The notes beneath the pieces are model-generated. The model did not search any database. It was given only the letters and a program-made list of their open reading frames with translations, and was not told where the DNA came from. This document shows, piece after piece, positions 1 to 13,250 of a DNA stretch of 64,000 nucleotides (position 1 is its first letter; each line of letters opens with the position of its first letter). The stretch comes from Octopus sinensis (Eukaryota). The stretch covers positions 21,328,001-21,392,000 of the forward strand of contig NC_042999.1 in assembly GCF_006345805.1 (NCBI RefSeq), in the 5' to 3' direction. A program made the position numbers and the translations under genes.

Positions 1-2219
1 CAACCCGTGAAATAACCATAGCTAATATGGTCTCAAATCTAGCTGCTATAATTATATGCAATTTTATGAATGTGTTACCAAAAGTCAATTTAGCGGGGCT
101 TCAAATATTGCAGAAAATTAAGCAAGCTAATTTTCTTTTCCTTCATTTCTTTTTCTTTTGTTCGTGCGTGTGTATAGGATAAACTAATTAGTTTTGTAGA
201 ATTGGAATTATTAACCAAATGATTTGCAAATTACGAATTTAATATTTTCAACTGAGATAATGGTTTGTTATTTCCTTTGTTATATTTCATAGAATTGACG
301 CACAGTACAGCGTTTGAAGCATGACTTTTGTATTTGATAGTATTTTATAAAAGTTTTACCAATATTTTATTAAGGTCATATGAATGAAATGAGAAATCAA
401 TCTAATCCACAATTGCAGACATTAAAATATCATCACTAAGCCTGATGTCCATACAATAAAACAAAAACAATGTAACAGATCATCTGTTTCAACATTTCCT
501 CACCATTTTCTATGCTATCATCACCATCGACGCTATTGTCGTTGTCATCATCGCCATCGTCGTAATAATCGTGTCGATGTAGCCATCATCATCGCCATAC
601 TTTAAATATTCTCAGTAGCATATGCACCAAGTGTAAAACAAACAAATGATTTCAGTCTTTAATAGTAGACGCAATATTTCCCGCCCTGATGTGAAATATA
701 ATTAAGGAGTCCATTTTGCAGAATAACGCTATAACAATAATCGTACATCGTTGATATCTCTTACTTTATATTATGTATATTCGCTATAACTATTGTACGG
801 TGAAGTAGTCAACTGTCCATGAGCCTGGCTAGGCTTGAAAAGCGCGACGAACGATAAATGTACATCAGAGAAAACGGAACATCTACCAGACGTTCAAGCC
901 ATATCTCCATTCAATGGCTCCGATGAACATTTCTGGAGACGCGGTGAACGAATTTTGAGAGATTTTATTTCCTAGTTTGATGCCATTCTCATTTGGAACA
1001 TGTATGGGTAAGGATAGCAAAGTTATGTCTCCAGAAAAGAATCATAATAAAATATGTGTTTCTTGCATACTGACTGTATAACATGTGTAAAAAAAAGATA
1101 CATATATATAAATAAAGAAATCGTAATTTGTATATATGTGTTTTTCTTTCGAAAACCCAATACATTTTTCAATAACCTTGAACCCTTTACGAAAATAAGA
1201 TATACAACAGCCGTTTCAATAACAAATCCACGTTGTGTAAAGTCAAGGGAAACAAAATGGCTACAAATCTCATTGTTCATTGCTGACATTTACGAACTGA
1301 TAATTGCGACTCAGGACCAGTGTCGCCAAGATTGACACTACTAGAGGTATACATGGAAGCAGATTGTCTCCCCTGGATTCTGCGGGTGGGGGGGATATTG
1401 TTATAAAGTAAGACGAATCATATCGTACTGAGAATATAACTTTACAAAACGAACTAATTTATTGCAACCATTCGAAAGTGGCAGATTGTAACTTCAACTT
1501 TCTCACGAGGAAGAAATGAACTATTTGTACCACAGTAAGTGTGCTACGGTGAAAAGTGTCAATCCACAACAATGCGTCGATGTATATCTACATCACATGG
1601 TAGAATCGACGTAAGCTTAAATAATGCTAATATTGTGGGTGGGAAAAACATCATGTGATCGAATCTTGACCCCGGATTGGATGACAATAAATAATGCTTT
1701 ATGTTGAGACAACTGGCGTTGCTGCATGTTCCACCACGGCATATACTAAACGATATGAAAGGTTTCTTTCTTTATTTACAGGAATTTATGCAGAAGTGTA
1801 TAATATTAAAATAACCGAGCGTAATTACAAAAAAATAATAATAATAAATAAAGTGAAATTCATGTATAGCCACTAATCAGTGTGTCTTGGACACAAGAAA
1901 TTAACATGTTAGTGGAAGTAATTAGAATTATAAAGAATTAGAACCTATGAAACATTTCCTGTCATTATAGGAGTTCTACGAGTTCTTGTGAAATCTGATG
2001 CTAAAAATGGTATAAGCTCCGCAATGAGTTTATCGTCGTTGATAACCAGAAGAATGCTCTCTTAGCAAGTGTCCATATTCTTCATTAAACGTTATAAATA
2101 ATGACGGAATCATTTTTAAATAATTACCGAACTGAATTTGTACAGCAGTGTATTTTCGTCTTCAAGTTCTGATAGAGATATCTCAGGAGGAAAAACACGT
2201 ATTGATGTTATCCCATGCA

Positions 2220-2260
<41 letters not shown>

Positions 2261-3134
2261 CGAAAATCATAAAAATCGAATGTGGAACTGAATTTCGCTT
2301 AAATGGTATGCATTATTATTTTACTTCCATTTTTAGAGTTCTTAAATTGAGTCAATTGAAAACTAAAGAAAATATATTCTGAAAAGCACAAATAATTTCC
2401 AACATGAAATACAAATATAATCTAATATATATATTATAGATTATATTATATTGTATTATATTATATTATAGAAAGAACCATTCTACATTTATTGTACAGC
2501 AATTCAGAGAATTTAAATATACATTAAGTAAGTAAATATATTATAAACTTTAAATATATTTTACCATGATGAATTGACTAATAAAGTTAAACAGAAACAT
2601 CGTTTCTAACAACAAATTGGTAATTTTTATTCTTAATTCAACAGCCTGAATATTACAAGTATGTTATTTGATACAACAATGTTGACAATTGCTATGTTTC
2701 GAAATAAGTAGCATATCGACAAAGAAAGTAAGAAGTTTTTTAAAAATACCAGTTATGAATATGACAGCTTAGAAATACACGTATCAATATAATTCACAAA
2801 TATATAAAGTTAATTTCGGGAAAACAGCAGAATTTCGTCTTAAAATACGAATTTTTCGAGTAGGTTAAATGCATAGAAACAATACATTTAAGCCTACCAG
2901 TTGTAAAGAATGTGATCTATTGAGGAGCCTTCTAACGGAACAGTAACTTGGCTAGAAATATCAAATACATCTCAGGCAGTCAGCAAAACTCTCGGAAATG
3001 AGGAACACTTTAGGTAAAGCCCTTTTATCGTTTCAGTTAAAATACTTCTACAAGACAAACTTTTCGAGACTGTAACAAATTTATGAATCTACACAGTCAG
3101 GGGGATCATGAGCAAAGACTTTTGCTATATATAC

Positions 3135-3193
<59 letters not shown>

Positions 3194-3198
3194 ATATG

Positions 3199-3583
3199 GG
3201 GGGAAGCACTCCGTCGGTTACGACGACGAGGGTTCCGGTTGACCCGATCAACGGAACAGCCTGCTTGTGAAATTAACGTGTAAGTGGCCGAGCACTCCAC
3301 AGACACGTATACCCTTAACGTAGTTCTCGGGGATATTCAGCGTGACACAGAGAGTGACAAGGCCGGCCCTTTGAAATACAGGTACAACAGAAGCAGGAGG
3401 TAGGAGTGAGAGAAAGTTGCGGTGAAAGAGTACAGCAGGGATCACCACCATCCCCTGCCGGAGCCTCGTGGAGCTTTAGGTGTTTTCGCTCAATAAACAC
3501 TCACAACGCCCGGTCTGGGAATCGAAACCGCGATCCTACGACCGCGAGTCCGCTGCCCTAACCACTGGGCCATTGCGCCTCCA
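3199..3583 (-). mobile_element. tRNA-derived SINE, family B (full length)
   Basis: Minus strand begins tggaggcgcaatggcccagtggttagggcagcggactcgcggtcgtaggatcgcggtttcgattccc (A/B-box-like tRNA head). Near-identical copy at 12868-13250. Confidence 0.9.
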
Positions 3584-3659
3584 CGCATAAACATATACAT
3601 ATATAGATATAGTCTATTATTCTTATATATATATAGTATTGGTTTGATGCTAACTTAAT

Positions 3660-4830
3660 GTGGCAGTCACAGGAGTATTGGGTATTGTGTACTATATATC
3701 CAACACCAGACTGCTCAATGCGAAACATCAGCAACAGCAATCCGACCTCTATCACGGCTTCTTTGAGTTCAAAAAGACAGTTGATCGTGTTTGACACAAT
3801 GGATTGTCGTAGGTGAAGAATTTCAACTTCAGCAACAAACACATCGAAGTACTCCCAAGAACTGCATGAAAATTGGAACTGCAGTTCTCCTGAACAACAG
3901 CTTTGGAGAATTCTTAAGGGCAACAGTGGGTGTTCCACAAAGATCTCTGCTCTCTCCAGCGCTTTACTCCTTGCGGGTGGGGGTGGGGCGCATCATGCAG
4001 GTGACACTTCGAGGCTGTTTCCATCGGAGGACGGCCCATTTCCAATCCAACCTGCTCTTTGACCAGTTAGGAAGCAGTGAAGTCGGCATACAGGGGCCCA
4101 TCGCCAGACTGGAAAATGCATCAGGAGCATATGGGATGGAGATCATTCCAGAAAAAGAAACAAGATACTAATTAATAGCAACAACCAAAACACAACAGTC
4201 AACATTATACTGAATGGAGAAAGGCCTCATCAAGTGGACACTTTCAAGTAGTTAGAATCCACTCTGAACAAAGACAGCAGATCTCAAAAGGAAATAACAA
4301 CAAAACTCAGTTTAGCCTCTGCTGCCATGACGAAGCTGAACACCATATGGAAATGTAATATCTTTAGGTTACCAACAAGACTCAGTATGTACAAAATTTT
4401 TATGACTTCGATCTTTCTTCATAGGTGTTAGAGCTGGCCCCTTACGGTTGATGTGGAGTAGAGAATACCGGTATTTCAGCCCAGGGGATTCAGAAGACTG
4501 CTTCACATCACCTATAGAGAGGAGAAAACAACCAATGTAGTCTAACAGCAGTTCAACAAATACTTTGGCAGAGGGGAATCGTTCCTTGCGCAGTAAAGAG
4601 ACGAAAGTTTCTCTGGTACGGTCATGTATCCCACTAGAATTGAGAGAGTGTGACTAACAGACAGAAATTCCTTGTTTGAAAACATAAGGACCAGAGAGGT
4701 CACAAAACCATTAACCTATTATGCATGAACGGGAGTAGACACCACTGGTGATGGCTGACTATGAAAGCATCAAGAGTGATACCCCAACGTCTAGCTGATT
4801 CAGTTAAAGGTTCTTGATAATGGAAATGAT
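3660..4830 (+). mobile_element. Degenerate RTE-clade LINE, RT domain to 3' region (frameshifts and stops)
   Basis: Across frames it translates to KHQQQQSDLYHGFFEFKKTVDRV, AVLLNNSFGEFLRATVGVPQRSLLSP, RLENASGAYGMEI and RRKFLWYGHV. These match RTE RT motifs (FxDFKKAFDRV, GVRQGCLLSP, AYGMEVS, WFGHV). Confidence 0.85.
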
Positions 4831-4894
4831 ACATTGACATGCCCCCACAAAGATACATACATACATTCATACATACATACATACAAATATACAT

Positions 4895-4926
<32 letters not shown>

Positions 4927-4999
4927 GTGAGTGTGTGTGTGTTTGTGTTTGTGTATGTGTGTGTCTGTGTGTGTGTATGTGTGTGTGTATGTGTGTGTG

Positions 5000-5217
5000 T
5001 TTACTACTAAAACTCTGTACTTGCTTGCGTGTTTGCCTGCTGTCTGTAATTTAGTACAGCCAAACTGGTACATAATGAGAAAGTACTCGGAACGTAAGGA
5101 CCCCTGAAATGTGAATACAAAGAGAATTAAACAGATTTCGCGTAAATCGATCCCGCGACACGCGATCTTTTCGAGTACCTTGAACTATTGGTGACCCAGC
5201 GGGTCACAGGTATTCTA

Positions 5218-5218
<1 letters not shown>
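5000..5218 (+). mobile_element. Non-autonomous Helitron-like element (3' terminus clear, 5' end approximate)
   Basis: Perfect hairpin gtgaccc-agc-gggtcac (5191-5207), 7-nt spacer, CTAG (5215-5218), then T. This is the canonical Helitron 3' end. Confidence 0.65.
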
Positions 5219-5265
<47 letters not shown>

Positions 5266-5395
5266 TCACATACACATATAAATGTACACTACAAACATAA
5301 TTATATATTTTGAGATTTTACTGGATGGGGAAACGCAGGATGTAATAAGATATTAATAAAATGCGTTGAGCTAAAGTTTAATTTTAATTATACTT

Positions 5396-5798
5396 TTTTA
5401 CTCTTTACTTGTTTCAGTCATTTGACTGTGGCCATGCTGGAACACCGCCTTTAGTCGAGCAAATCGACCCCAGGACCTATTCTTTGTAAGCCTAGTACTT
5501 ATTATATCGGTCTCTTTTGCTGAACCGCTAAGTTATGGGGACGTAAACACACCAGCATCGGTTTTCAAGAGATGCTGGGGGACAAACACAGACAGATACA
5601 CACAACCATATATATATATATATATATATACATACGTCGGGCTTCTTTCAGTTTCCGTCTGCCAAATCTACTCACAAGGCTTTGGTCACCCCGAGGCTAT
5701 AGTAGAAGAGACTTGCCCAAGGTGTCATGCAGTGGGAATGAACCCGGTACCATGTTGTTGGTAAGCAATCTACTTACCACGCAGCCACTCCTACGCCT
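5396..5798 (-). mobile_element. tRNA-derived SINE, family A
   Basis: Head ggcgtaggagtggctgcgtggtaag...ggttcattccc, central (TA)n, tail gcggtgttccagcatggccacagtcaaatgactgaaacaagtaaagag. About 13 related copies in the window. Confidence 0.9.
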
Positions 5799-6615
5799 AT
5801 TATTATTAGGATTTCCCAACAATGGCTACAACGATTAGAATATAAGTAGTCTTGCCTTGTATTAATGCCATATATTGTTTAAGTAAACGTCTAGTAACAA
5901 GATGACGAAATTCGAAAACCATTTTGGCATTGTTGGTTTGTTTATTAGGAGAAGGTCACGCTCAATTTGAAGCAAGTTTTCACAACGTGATTAAGTCGAT
6001 GTAATTCCAATTATTAATGTGTTTTCAGGAATATGATGGAAAATGTGGCACCAGGATATTGAACTGAAAACGTTCAAAGAGCATTAAATTATGTACTGTC
6101 TCAGAATCTTCATTACAGCAGAACCAGAGCTCTTAAACAATGGTAGAAACATCTGAGAAGAGTACCAACTGGTTCTGTCTGTTGAAGAAATGAATATGAA
6201 TTTCAGAACGCATAATTTATCCTGCAATCACGTTCTCTCAGAATGAACTGGTTGTAACACTCAAGTTACCTTGGTTCTGGGCATCTTAACCACACAGGAC
6301 GTTTGCAATTTAGATAGTAACACAAATTCTGGCAACAGAGAGGTATCCAGGAATGATTATCTGAATCCGCCTAGCCCCCTTAAATTTCAAGAAGTTATGG
6401 TCTGAAATATTTGCATGCGGGGGCTTCTGGGAAGAACTGCTACTTTTCTAGTGTTTCTTATTATCATTATGTTTTCATTTTTGTCCTTGAAAAGAACTGA
6501 CATATATAAATAACCGAAATCATATTCGTTGGACTGGTAAGTTTAGCACCAGTGTTGCTGTATTAAAAAACTGGGTAACGAAGAATGTGTACTTCTCAAT
6601 GGAATGGGTTTTTTT

Positions 6616-6861
6616 GCGCCCTTTTAAAGCCTAGCCAGGCTCATGGGCCCGGTTTCCCGGTTTCTATGGCGTATGTGTTCCCCAGCTGGACGGGGCGTCA
6701 GTCCATCGCAGCGTTACTCATTTTTGCTAGCTGAGTGGCCTGGGGCAACGTGAAATGAAGTGTTTTGCTCAAGAATGCAACGCGTCGCCCGGTCCAGGAA
6801 TCGAAATCACAATCTTACGATCATGATGCTGACACCTTAACCACTAAACCACGCGCCTCCA
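6616..6861 (-). mobile_element. tRNA-derived SINE, family C
   Basis: Head tggaggcgcgtggtttagtggttaaggtgtcag...gatttcgattcctgg followed by gcattcttgagcaaaacacttcatttcacgttg. The same core is at 46618-46946. Confidence 0.8.
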
Positions 6862-7547
6862 TTCCCAAAGGAATGCCAGTGTAAAAACACAGATTTTGAC
6901 AAAAAAAAAATATATATATATCTGTAAAAGCAAACACGCAGAGCAAAAAACAAAACAATTCCACTATTATTATCCTAATGAATTCTAGCAGGGTCATGAT
7001 ACCGGTGATGATAATGAGGAGAGTGAGGAAGAGAAGAAATGATAGAAGGTTGAAGGGGAAAGAGAGCGGTAATATGATGATACACATGAATTCCTACTCT
7101 ACGAAGAAGCCTTCGTGATTTAGGGCATGTGCAACTAGAGAAATAATAATTATAGACTATAAATTACCTAACTTTGACAGATGAAAATTAATAAAGAGAA
7201 TAATGGTGGGAAGTGATATAATTATTTAAAATAATTTATGTACGCCTTTTAACTTTTACAATCAATGCATTCAAGAAAAATGATGCGATATGATAGATGG
7301 ATTGTAATCATTATAGATTCTGTAATTCAGTGCCTGAAAGTAATTTTATAAATGGCTTGTTTGTAATAGTAATTTAGTAACGTTTAGCAACGTTCTATTA
7401 TTAGATTTATATTCAACAGGTCTAGACGCTGATTCCAGCCGTGCTATTTATTGTTGTGTGATTTGGCCGGACGGACGATTGTGGTTTTTGTTTTTGTCTT
7501 GCGCATCTTGCTTTCTTTTGTCAGTTTTTTTTTCCTTTTCTTTATTT

Positions 7548-7552
7548 ATTTA

Positions 7553-7607
<55 letters not shown>

Positions 7608-7610
7608 ATT
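7548..7610. repeat. (ATT)n microsatellite
   Basis: Direct reading. Confidence 0.95.
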
Positions 7611-7789
7611 TTTTTTTTTTTTTGCTATTTCAGAGTATTTCACTTCATTCTCCTCATCAATATTACTATCATAGTAACATGATCGTCGACAGCAATAACA
7701 TACAAGAGGGAGAAAAAGAGGAAATATAAGAAAGAAGGGACGGACGAAGATGCTGATCATGATGGGGAGCGGTAAGAACGAGAAGGAGG

Positions 7790-8400
7790 ACATCAGAGTG
7801 GGCGGATGATGGTGATGTTGGTGATGATGATGATGATGATGATGAAGGAAGAGGAAGGAGAAGGTGGAGTAGATGGTGGAGAAGATGGTGATGATGATAA
7901 GGAGAATGACGATGCCAATGACGAGGGGGGGGGCAAAGAAGAGGACGACCACAACGAGGGGTAGGTGGAGGTTGAGAGCGATGCTGATGATGATGATGGA
8001 GGAGGAGAAGAAGATGGAGAAGAAGAAGAAGAGGATGAGGAGGAGAGGAAGGAGAAGGAGAAAAAGAAGAAGAAGAAGACGAAGATGAAGGAGAGAAAGA
8101 GGAGGAGAAGAAGAAGAGGGAGAAAAAGAAGAAGAGGAAGGAGGAAAAGGAGAAGGAGGAGGGGAGAGGAGAGGAGGAGGAGGGGAGAGGAGAGGAGGAG
8201 GAGGAGGAGAGGAAGGAGAAGGAGGAGGGGAGAGGAGGAGGAGGAGGAGGGGAGAGGAGAGGAGGAGGAGGAGGAGGAGAGGAAGGAGAAGAGAAGAAGA
8301 AGAAGAAGAAAAAGAAGAAGAAGTAGACAGAAGGTGAGGAGACAGAGAAGATAATAACAGCAATAAAAATATGAAGAAGAAAACTGTAAAAGAAGAATAA
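7790..8400. repeat. Compound purine-rich low-complexity tract, (GAT)n to (GAG)n to (GAA)n
   Basis: Direct reading. Source of ORFs 7542..8363, 7669..8436 and 7965..8354. Confidence 0.95.
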
Positions 8401-8654
8401 CATGGCAGCGAATCGATCGTTATAGAACAATGGCATCGTTAATATTTAGCATTTCTACATATTTAAAAACTGTATTCTTCATCTCAATTCCACATCCGTT
8501 GTTCGAAACACAACAACGCTCATATTCTGCAGCAATCGATGCAATATTACTAGTCAAGTACTGTGGTTACTAAATTTCTTTATACACACACATTTGAGAT
8601 TTACAATCCTTCTTCAGATGTAAGTAATAACTATTATTTCTATTATTATTATTA

Positions 8655-8711
<57 letters not shown>

Positions 8712-8732
8712 CATTATTATTATTTCTTTTTT

Positions 8733-9123
8733 TGTTTGTCATTTGACTGCGGCCATGCTGGAGCACCGCCTTTAGTCGAGCAAATTGACCCCAGGACTTA
8801 TTCTTTGTAAGTACTTAGTACTTATTCTATCGGTCTCTTTTGCCGAACCGTTAGTGACGGGGACGTAAACACACCAGTATCGGTTGTCAAGCGATGTCGG
8901 GGGGACAAACAAAGACAAAACCATATACATACACACACACACACACATATATATATGTACGACGGGCTTCTTCCAGTTTCCGTCTTCCAAATCCACTCAC
9001 AAGGCTTTGGTCGGCCCGAGACTATAGTAGAATACACATGTGCAAAGTGCCACGCAGTGGGACTGAACCCAGAACCATGTGGTTAGTAAGCAAGCAACTT
9101 ACCACACAGCCACTCCTGCGCCT
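8733..9123 (-). mobile_element. SINE family A, inside an (ATT)n tract
   Basis: Same head and tail as 5396-5798, with (ATT)n on both sides. Confidence 0.9.
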
Positions 9124-9129
9124 ATATGA

Positions 9130-9191
<62 letters not shown>

Positions 9192-9213
9192 GTTATTATT
9201 ATAATAATTATTA

Positions 9214-9759
9214 TTGAGTGAGAGAGCAGCCCATGCTATCAAAGTGACACTAGGGTAAAATATACGAAGCCCAGTGTACCCATTATGACTACCCGTCTGA
9301 TAAGGGTACACTAGGCACATGCATCACAACCATATGTGCGCGACATGGTGATCTCATATGAAGATAAACAGTGCATGATCTTGCAGTTGGGGCCCAGTTA
9401 GAATTTACTTCTGGTCGAGTAGCCCATCCCGCTCAAAAGGTCCCTGAATAAGGGTTGTTTAAGGATGACGAAACAATCACCCATGTTTCCAAAGGTGGGT
9501 TATCCAAACCTCCAAGAGTTGCTCTCAACACACGGCTATGATGGTCCTCCGCTACTTCTGCTCGTGGTCAGAGATGCAAATATCGTCAGCCACTAAAGGA
9601 CATGGTGAACTGGTTAAGGTCAAACAACTGACAAGCAAATCTGTGGTATTGAGCAGAATATTTGCCGTTGCCCATCTTTTATACCAAGACAAAACAATGT
9701 ATGTGATAACACTTCCAAACCGTTAAGATCACCAGCCAAGAGAGCCACTGCCTGGTACT
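9214..9759. mobile_element. ~550-bp interspersed element, family D, copy 1
   Basis: Begins ttgagtgagagagcag and ends gagagccactgcctggtact. Four colinear copies in the window. (ATT)n on both sides. Confidence 0.85.
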
Positions 9760-9772
9760 CTTATTGTTATTA

Positions 9773-9808
<36 letters not shown>

Positions 9809-9810
<2 letters not shown>

Positions 9811-10365
9811 GAGTGAGAGAGCAGTTCATGCCATCAAAGTGACACTGGGGTAATATATACGAAGCTCAGTATACCCATCATGACTACCCGTCTGATAAGG
9901 GTACACCAGGCACATGCATCACAACCTATATGTGCGCGACATGGTGATCTCATATCAAGATAAACAGCACATGACCTTGCAGGTGGGGCCCAGTTAGAAT
10001 TTTCTTCAGGTTGAGTAGCCCATCCTGCTCAAAAGGTCCCTGAATAAGGGTTGTTTAAGGATGTTGAAAGAACCACCCATGTTTCCAGAGGTGAACTATT
10101 CAAACCCCAAAGAATCCCTCTCAACACATGGCTATGATGCTCCCCCACTACTTCTGCTCGTGGTCAGAGATGCACATATCGTCAGCCACTAAGGGACATG
10201 CTCAACTGGTTAAGGTCAAACAACTGACAAGCAAATCTGTGGTATTGAGCAGAATATTTGCTGTAGCCCATCTTTTATACCAAGACAAAACAACATACAT
10301 GATAACACTTCCAATCAGTTAAGATCAGAAGCCATGAGAGCCACTGCCTGGTACTGCATCAGGGC
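9809..10365. mobile_element. Family D copy 2 (tandem with copy 1)
   Basis: Colinear with 9214-9759, separated from it by ~50 bp of (ATT)n and followed by ~170 bp of (ATT)n. Confidence 0.85.
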
Positions 10366-10374
10366 TTATTATTA

Positions 10375-10430
<56 letters not shown>

Positions 10431-10450
10431 TATTATTATCATTATTATTA

Positions 10451-10514
<64 letters not shown>

Positions 10515-11125
10515 TGTTATTATTATTAATATTATTATTGTCTCTGCACAGCTTCTATCGCAACAACAGCAATAATAATAACAACAAATCTTCGTATTAT
10601 CATTTCTATGCGCCATCATCGTTATTACTGCGCCAGTGCATGTACATCTTAAACGGACACCCGCATTAACTCCAATATGACCCTCAATTATCAACCTCAA
10701 ACGACCTCTGCGAACAACACCATTAATCATCATAATATTTCTGATAAAATTCCTATACATGAAATATGTGTCGATATCAATTTGTGAATACTATATTTTA
10801 TTAGTCCAAATGAAACCATTTTCTGTTTCTGTTCTAATTTTGATGTTTGTTGTTAAAGGTGTTGTTAGAGTTTTGTCGTTGTAAATCGCTTTGTCATTGG
10901 AGATCCATGTAAGACTTCAGTTTTGAAAGCCATGTATGATTGTCATGATTGACGTATATCTATTTATTACTTTACAGAAATTGTTGTGTAGCTTCAAAGC
11001 TGTCTTCATTGAATAGATTTGTGATCAAAAGTATTTGAGATAAAAATCCCTCGTACTTTTTAAATGTAATTTCTGGCATAAAATAACGAAATCACGAAAG
11101 ATATTGTTTTTTTTTAATACTGCAA

Positions 11126-11554
11126 TTTCTTATTTCTTCTTTCTTTACTACCCACAAGGGGATAAACGCAGAGAGGACAAACAAGGACAGACAAACGGAT
11201 TAAGTCGATAATATCGGTCCCAGTGCGTAAATGGTACTTATTTAATCGACACAAAAAGGAAGAAAGGCAAAGTTGACATCAGCAGAATTTGAACTCACAA
11301 CGTAGTGACAAACGACACACCTATTTCTTTACTACCCACAAGGGACTAAACACAGAGAGCACAAACAAGGACAGACAAATGGATTGAGTCGATCACATCG
11401 ACCCCAGTGCGTAACCGGTACTTATTTAATCGACCCCGAAAGGATGAAAGGCAAAGTCGACCTCGGCGGAAATTGAACTCAGAACGTAGCGGCAGGTGAA
11501 AAACTGCTAAGCATTTTGTCCGGCATGCCAACGATTCTGCCAGCTCGCCGCCTT
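11126..11554 (-). mobile_element. SINE family E, dimer
   Basis: Head aaggcggcgagctggcagaatcgttggcatgccgg followed by two ~180-bp units containing gtcgactttgcctttcatcctttcggggtcgat. Degenerate flanking duplication at 11113-11130 and 11554-11571 (15/18). Confidence 0.9.
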
Positions 11555-11898
11555 TTAACACTACAGTTTCTGAACTCTAAAAAAAATATAGCTTTGCTTG
11601 TTAGGATGGCAGTGTATGTCGACAGACATGATGATTTGCATACAATACAGAAAAGTTTATTAGAGAAAATGTAGAGTCACTTAAGAAAGCAGTGAAGACA
11701 GCATTGCTCTGACAAGTTGGTTTTGAGAGATAGTCCTGACAAGTATACTTGACGCTCAACAGAAACATTAGTAAAATGATATCTGGAGTGTTTCAAAGAG
11801 TGACACTTCAGCTGGTAGAAGTAATCTGAGAATGAGACACAGACTGGCCAACGATAAACACTCACGCATACACACACACACACATATATATATATATA

Positions 11899-12062
11899 CG
11901 TTCTGAGTTCAAATTCCTCCGAGGTCGACTTTGCCTTTCATCCTTTCGGGGTCGATAAATTAAGTACCAGTTACGCACTGGGGTCGATATAATCGACTTA
12001 ATACGTCTGTCCGACCTTGTTTGTCTCATCTGTGTTTAGCCCCATGAGGGTAGTAAAGAAAT
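11899..12062 (+). mobile_element. SINE family E, 5'-truncated monomer
   Basis: cgttctgagttcaaattcc...gtagtaaagaaata unit. Confidence 0.85.
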
Positions 12063-12089
12063 AAAATATATATATTATACTATGTTATA

Positions 12090-12360
12090 AAGGGTGTCCC
12101 AGAATTAACTACTTATTTTAATGAAATCGGGGAAATTTAAGAGAAGAATCAACGAAAATAATTTTATGTTTTTTTTTAAAATTAATTATGATACCAAAAG
12201 AAATAGATTTATGAATCATACGTCAAAACTTTATTGAAAATTTTCAATATATATTCCGCAATTTCTAATCTATCCTATGTGTTGCGAATTTCAAATCTAT
12301 TCTAAGCGTTGCGAAACACATTTTGAAGCATTTCTGGAGTTATTTCCTGCGCCACTAAAC
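12090..12360 (-). mobile_element. Tc1/mariner-type transposon remnant (right end)
   Basis: TA|aagggtgtcccagaattaac is a TIR-like end. The minus strand reads ITPEMLQNVFRNA*NRFE, resembling the C-terminus of mariner/Tc1 transposases. Confidence 0.5.
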
Positions 12361-12867
12361 TATTGCTACATCCAAGGAATGGAAGTAGAGAAAATGATTG
12401 CAACTAAATTGAGAAACCGTAGTTGTGGACAGATAACCGGTATCTAACTGGAAACGAAAATAAATTTATTTTTAAAAAATACAAAAATTATAAAATTATA
12501 AACAAAATTGAAAAATTCTGCACTTTTAACGCATATTAAGCATGATAGTTATGAAAAAGTTTTTTTTTTAAATTTCGATTTCATTGAAATAGATAATTCT
12601 AGGTACCTTTTCTTATATTATATTATATTATATAGTATACATGTATGTGTGTATTTTTCCAGTGACATAAACGTTATTTTTGTTGTGTGTACTTGATTTT
12701 CTCCTTTGAATTCTCACAAATAGAAGAAATAGTTTGCAAATCCGGTAAAGATCTCAAGGCAAACTCTTCGAATCCGTTTGATGCGAAAGAAACTACATTC
12801 GAAATCACTTAAGACACACAACCTCTCAGAAACGACTACATTTGTCAACGTAGAGATTGGTATTCGT

Positions 12868-13250
12868 GGCACTCCATCAGTTACGACAACGAGGGTTCCA
12901 GTTGATCCGATCAACGGAACAGCCTGCTCGTAAAATTAATGTGCAAGTGGCTGAGCACTCCACAGACACGTGTACCCTCAACGTAGTTCTCAGGAAGATT
13001 CAACGTGACACAGTGTGTGACAAGGCTGGCCCTTTAAACTACAGGTAGAACAGAAACAGGAAGTAAGAGTGAGAGAAGGTTGTGGTGAAAGAGTACAGCA
13101 GGATTCACCACCACCCCCTGTCGGAGCCTCGTGGAACTTTAGGTGTTTTCGTTCAATAAACACTCACAACGCCCGGACTGGGAATCGAAACCGCGATCTC
13201 ACGACTGCAAGTCCGCTGCCCTAACCACTGGGCCATTGCGCGCGCCTCCA
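12868..13250 (-). mobile_element. SINE family B
   Basis: Colinear with 3199-3583. Confidence 0.9.

Noticed and set aside
818-846. ccatgagcctggctaggcttgaaaagcgc, the reverse complement of the SINE C tail at 6616-6647
   Set aside because: Only ~30 bp match and the flanks do not align. Probably an eroded SINE tail rather than a functional long-range inverted repeat.
3199-3583. tRNA-like heads of SINE families B, C, A and E as tRNA genes
   Set aside because: Each runs into a SINE body, is multi-copy and diverged, and I could not build a complete cloverleaf.
7542-8436. Long ORFs (273, 255 and 129 aa), and similar ones at 25217-27889, 33089-33376 and 34257-34872
   Set aside because: They are translations of triplet or purine-rich repeats, open on both strands, with no domain content or splice evidence.
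10310-10365. Faint resemblance of the family D end (tcagttaagatc, cctggtactgca) to U2 snRNA
   Set aside because: Two short imperfect matches with the wrong spacing, and no branch-point pairing region or Sm site.
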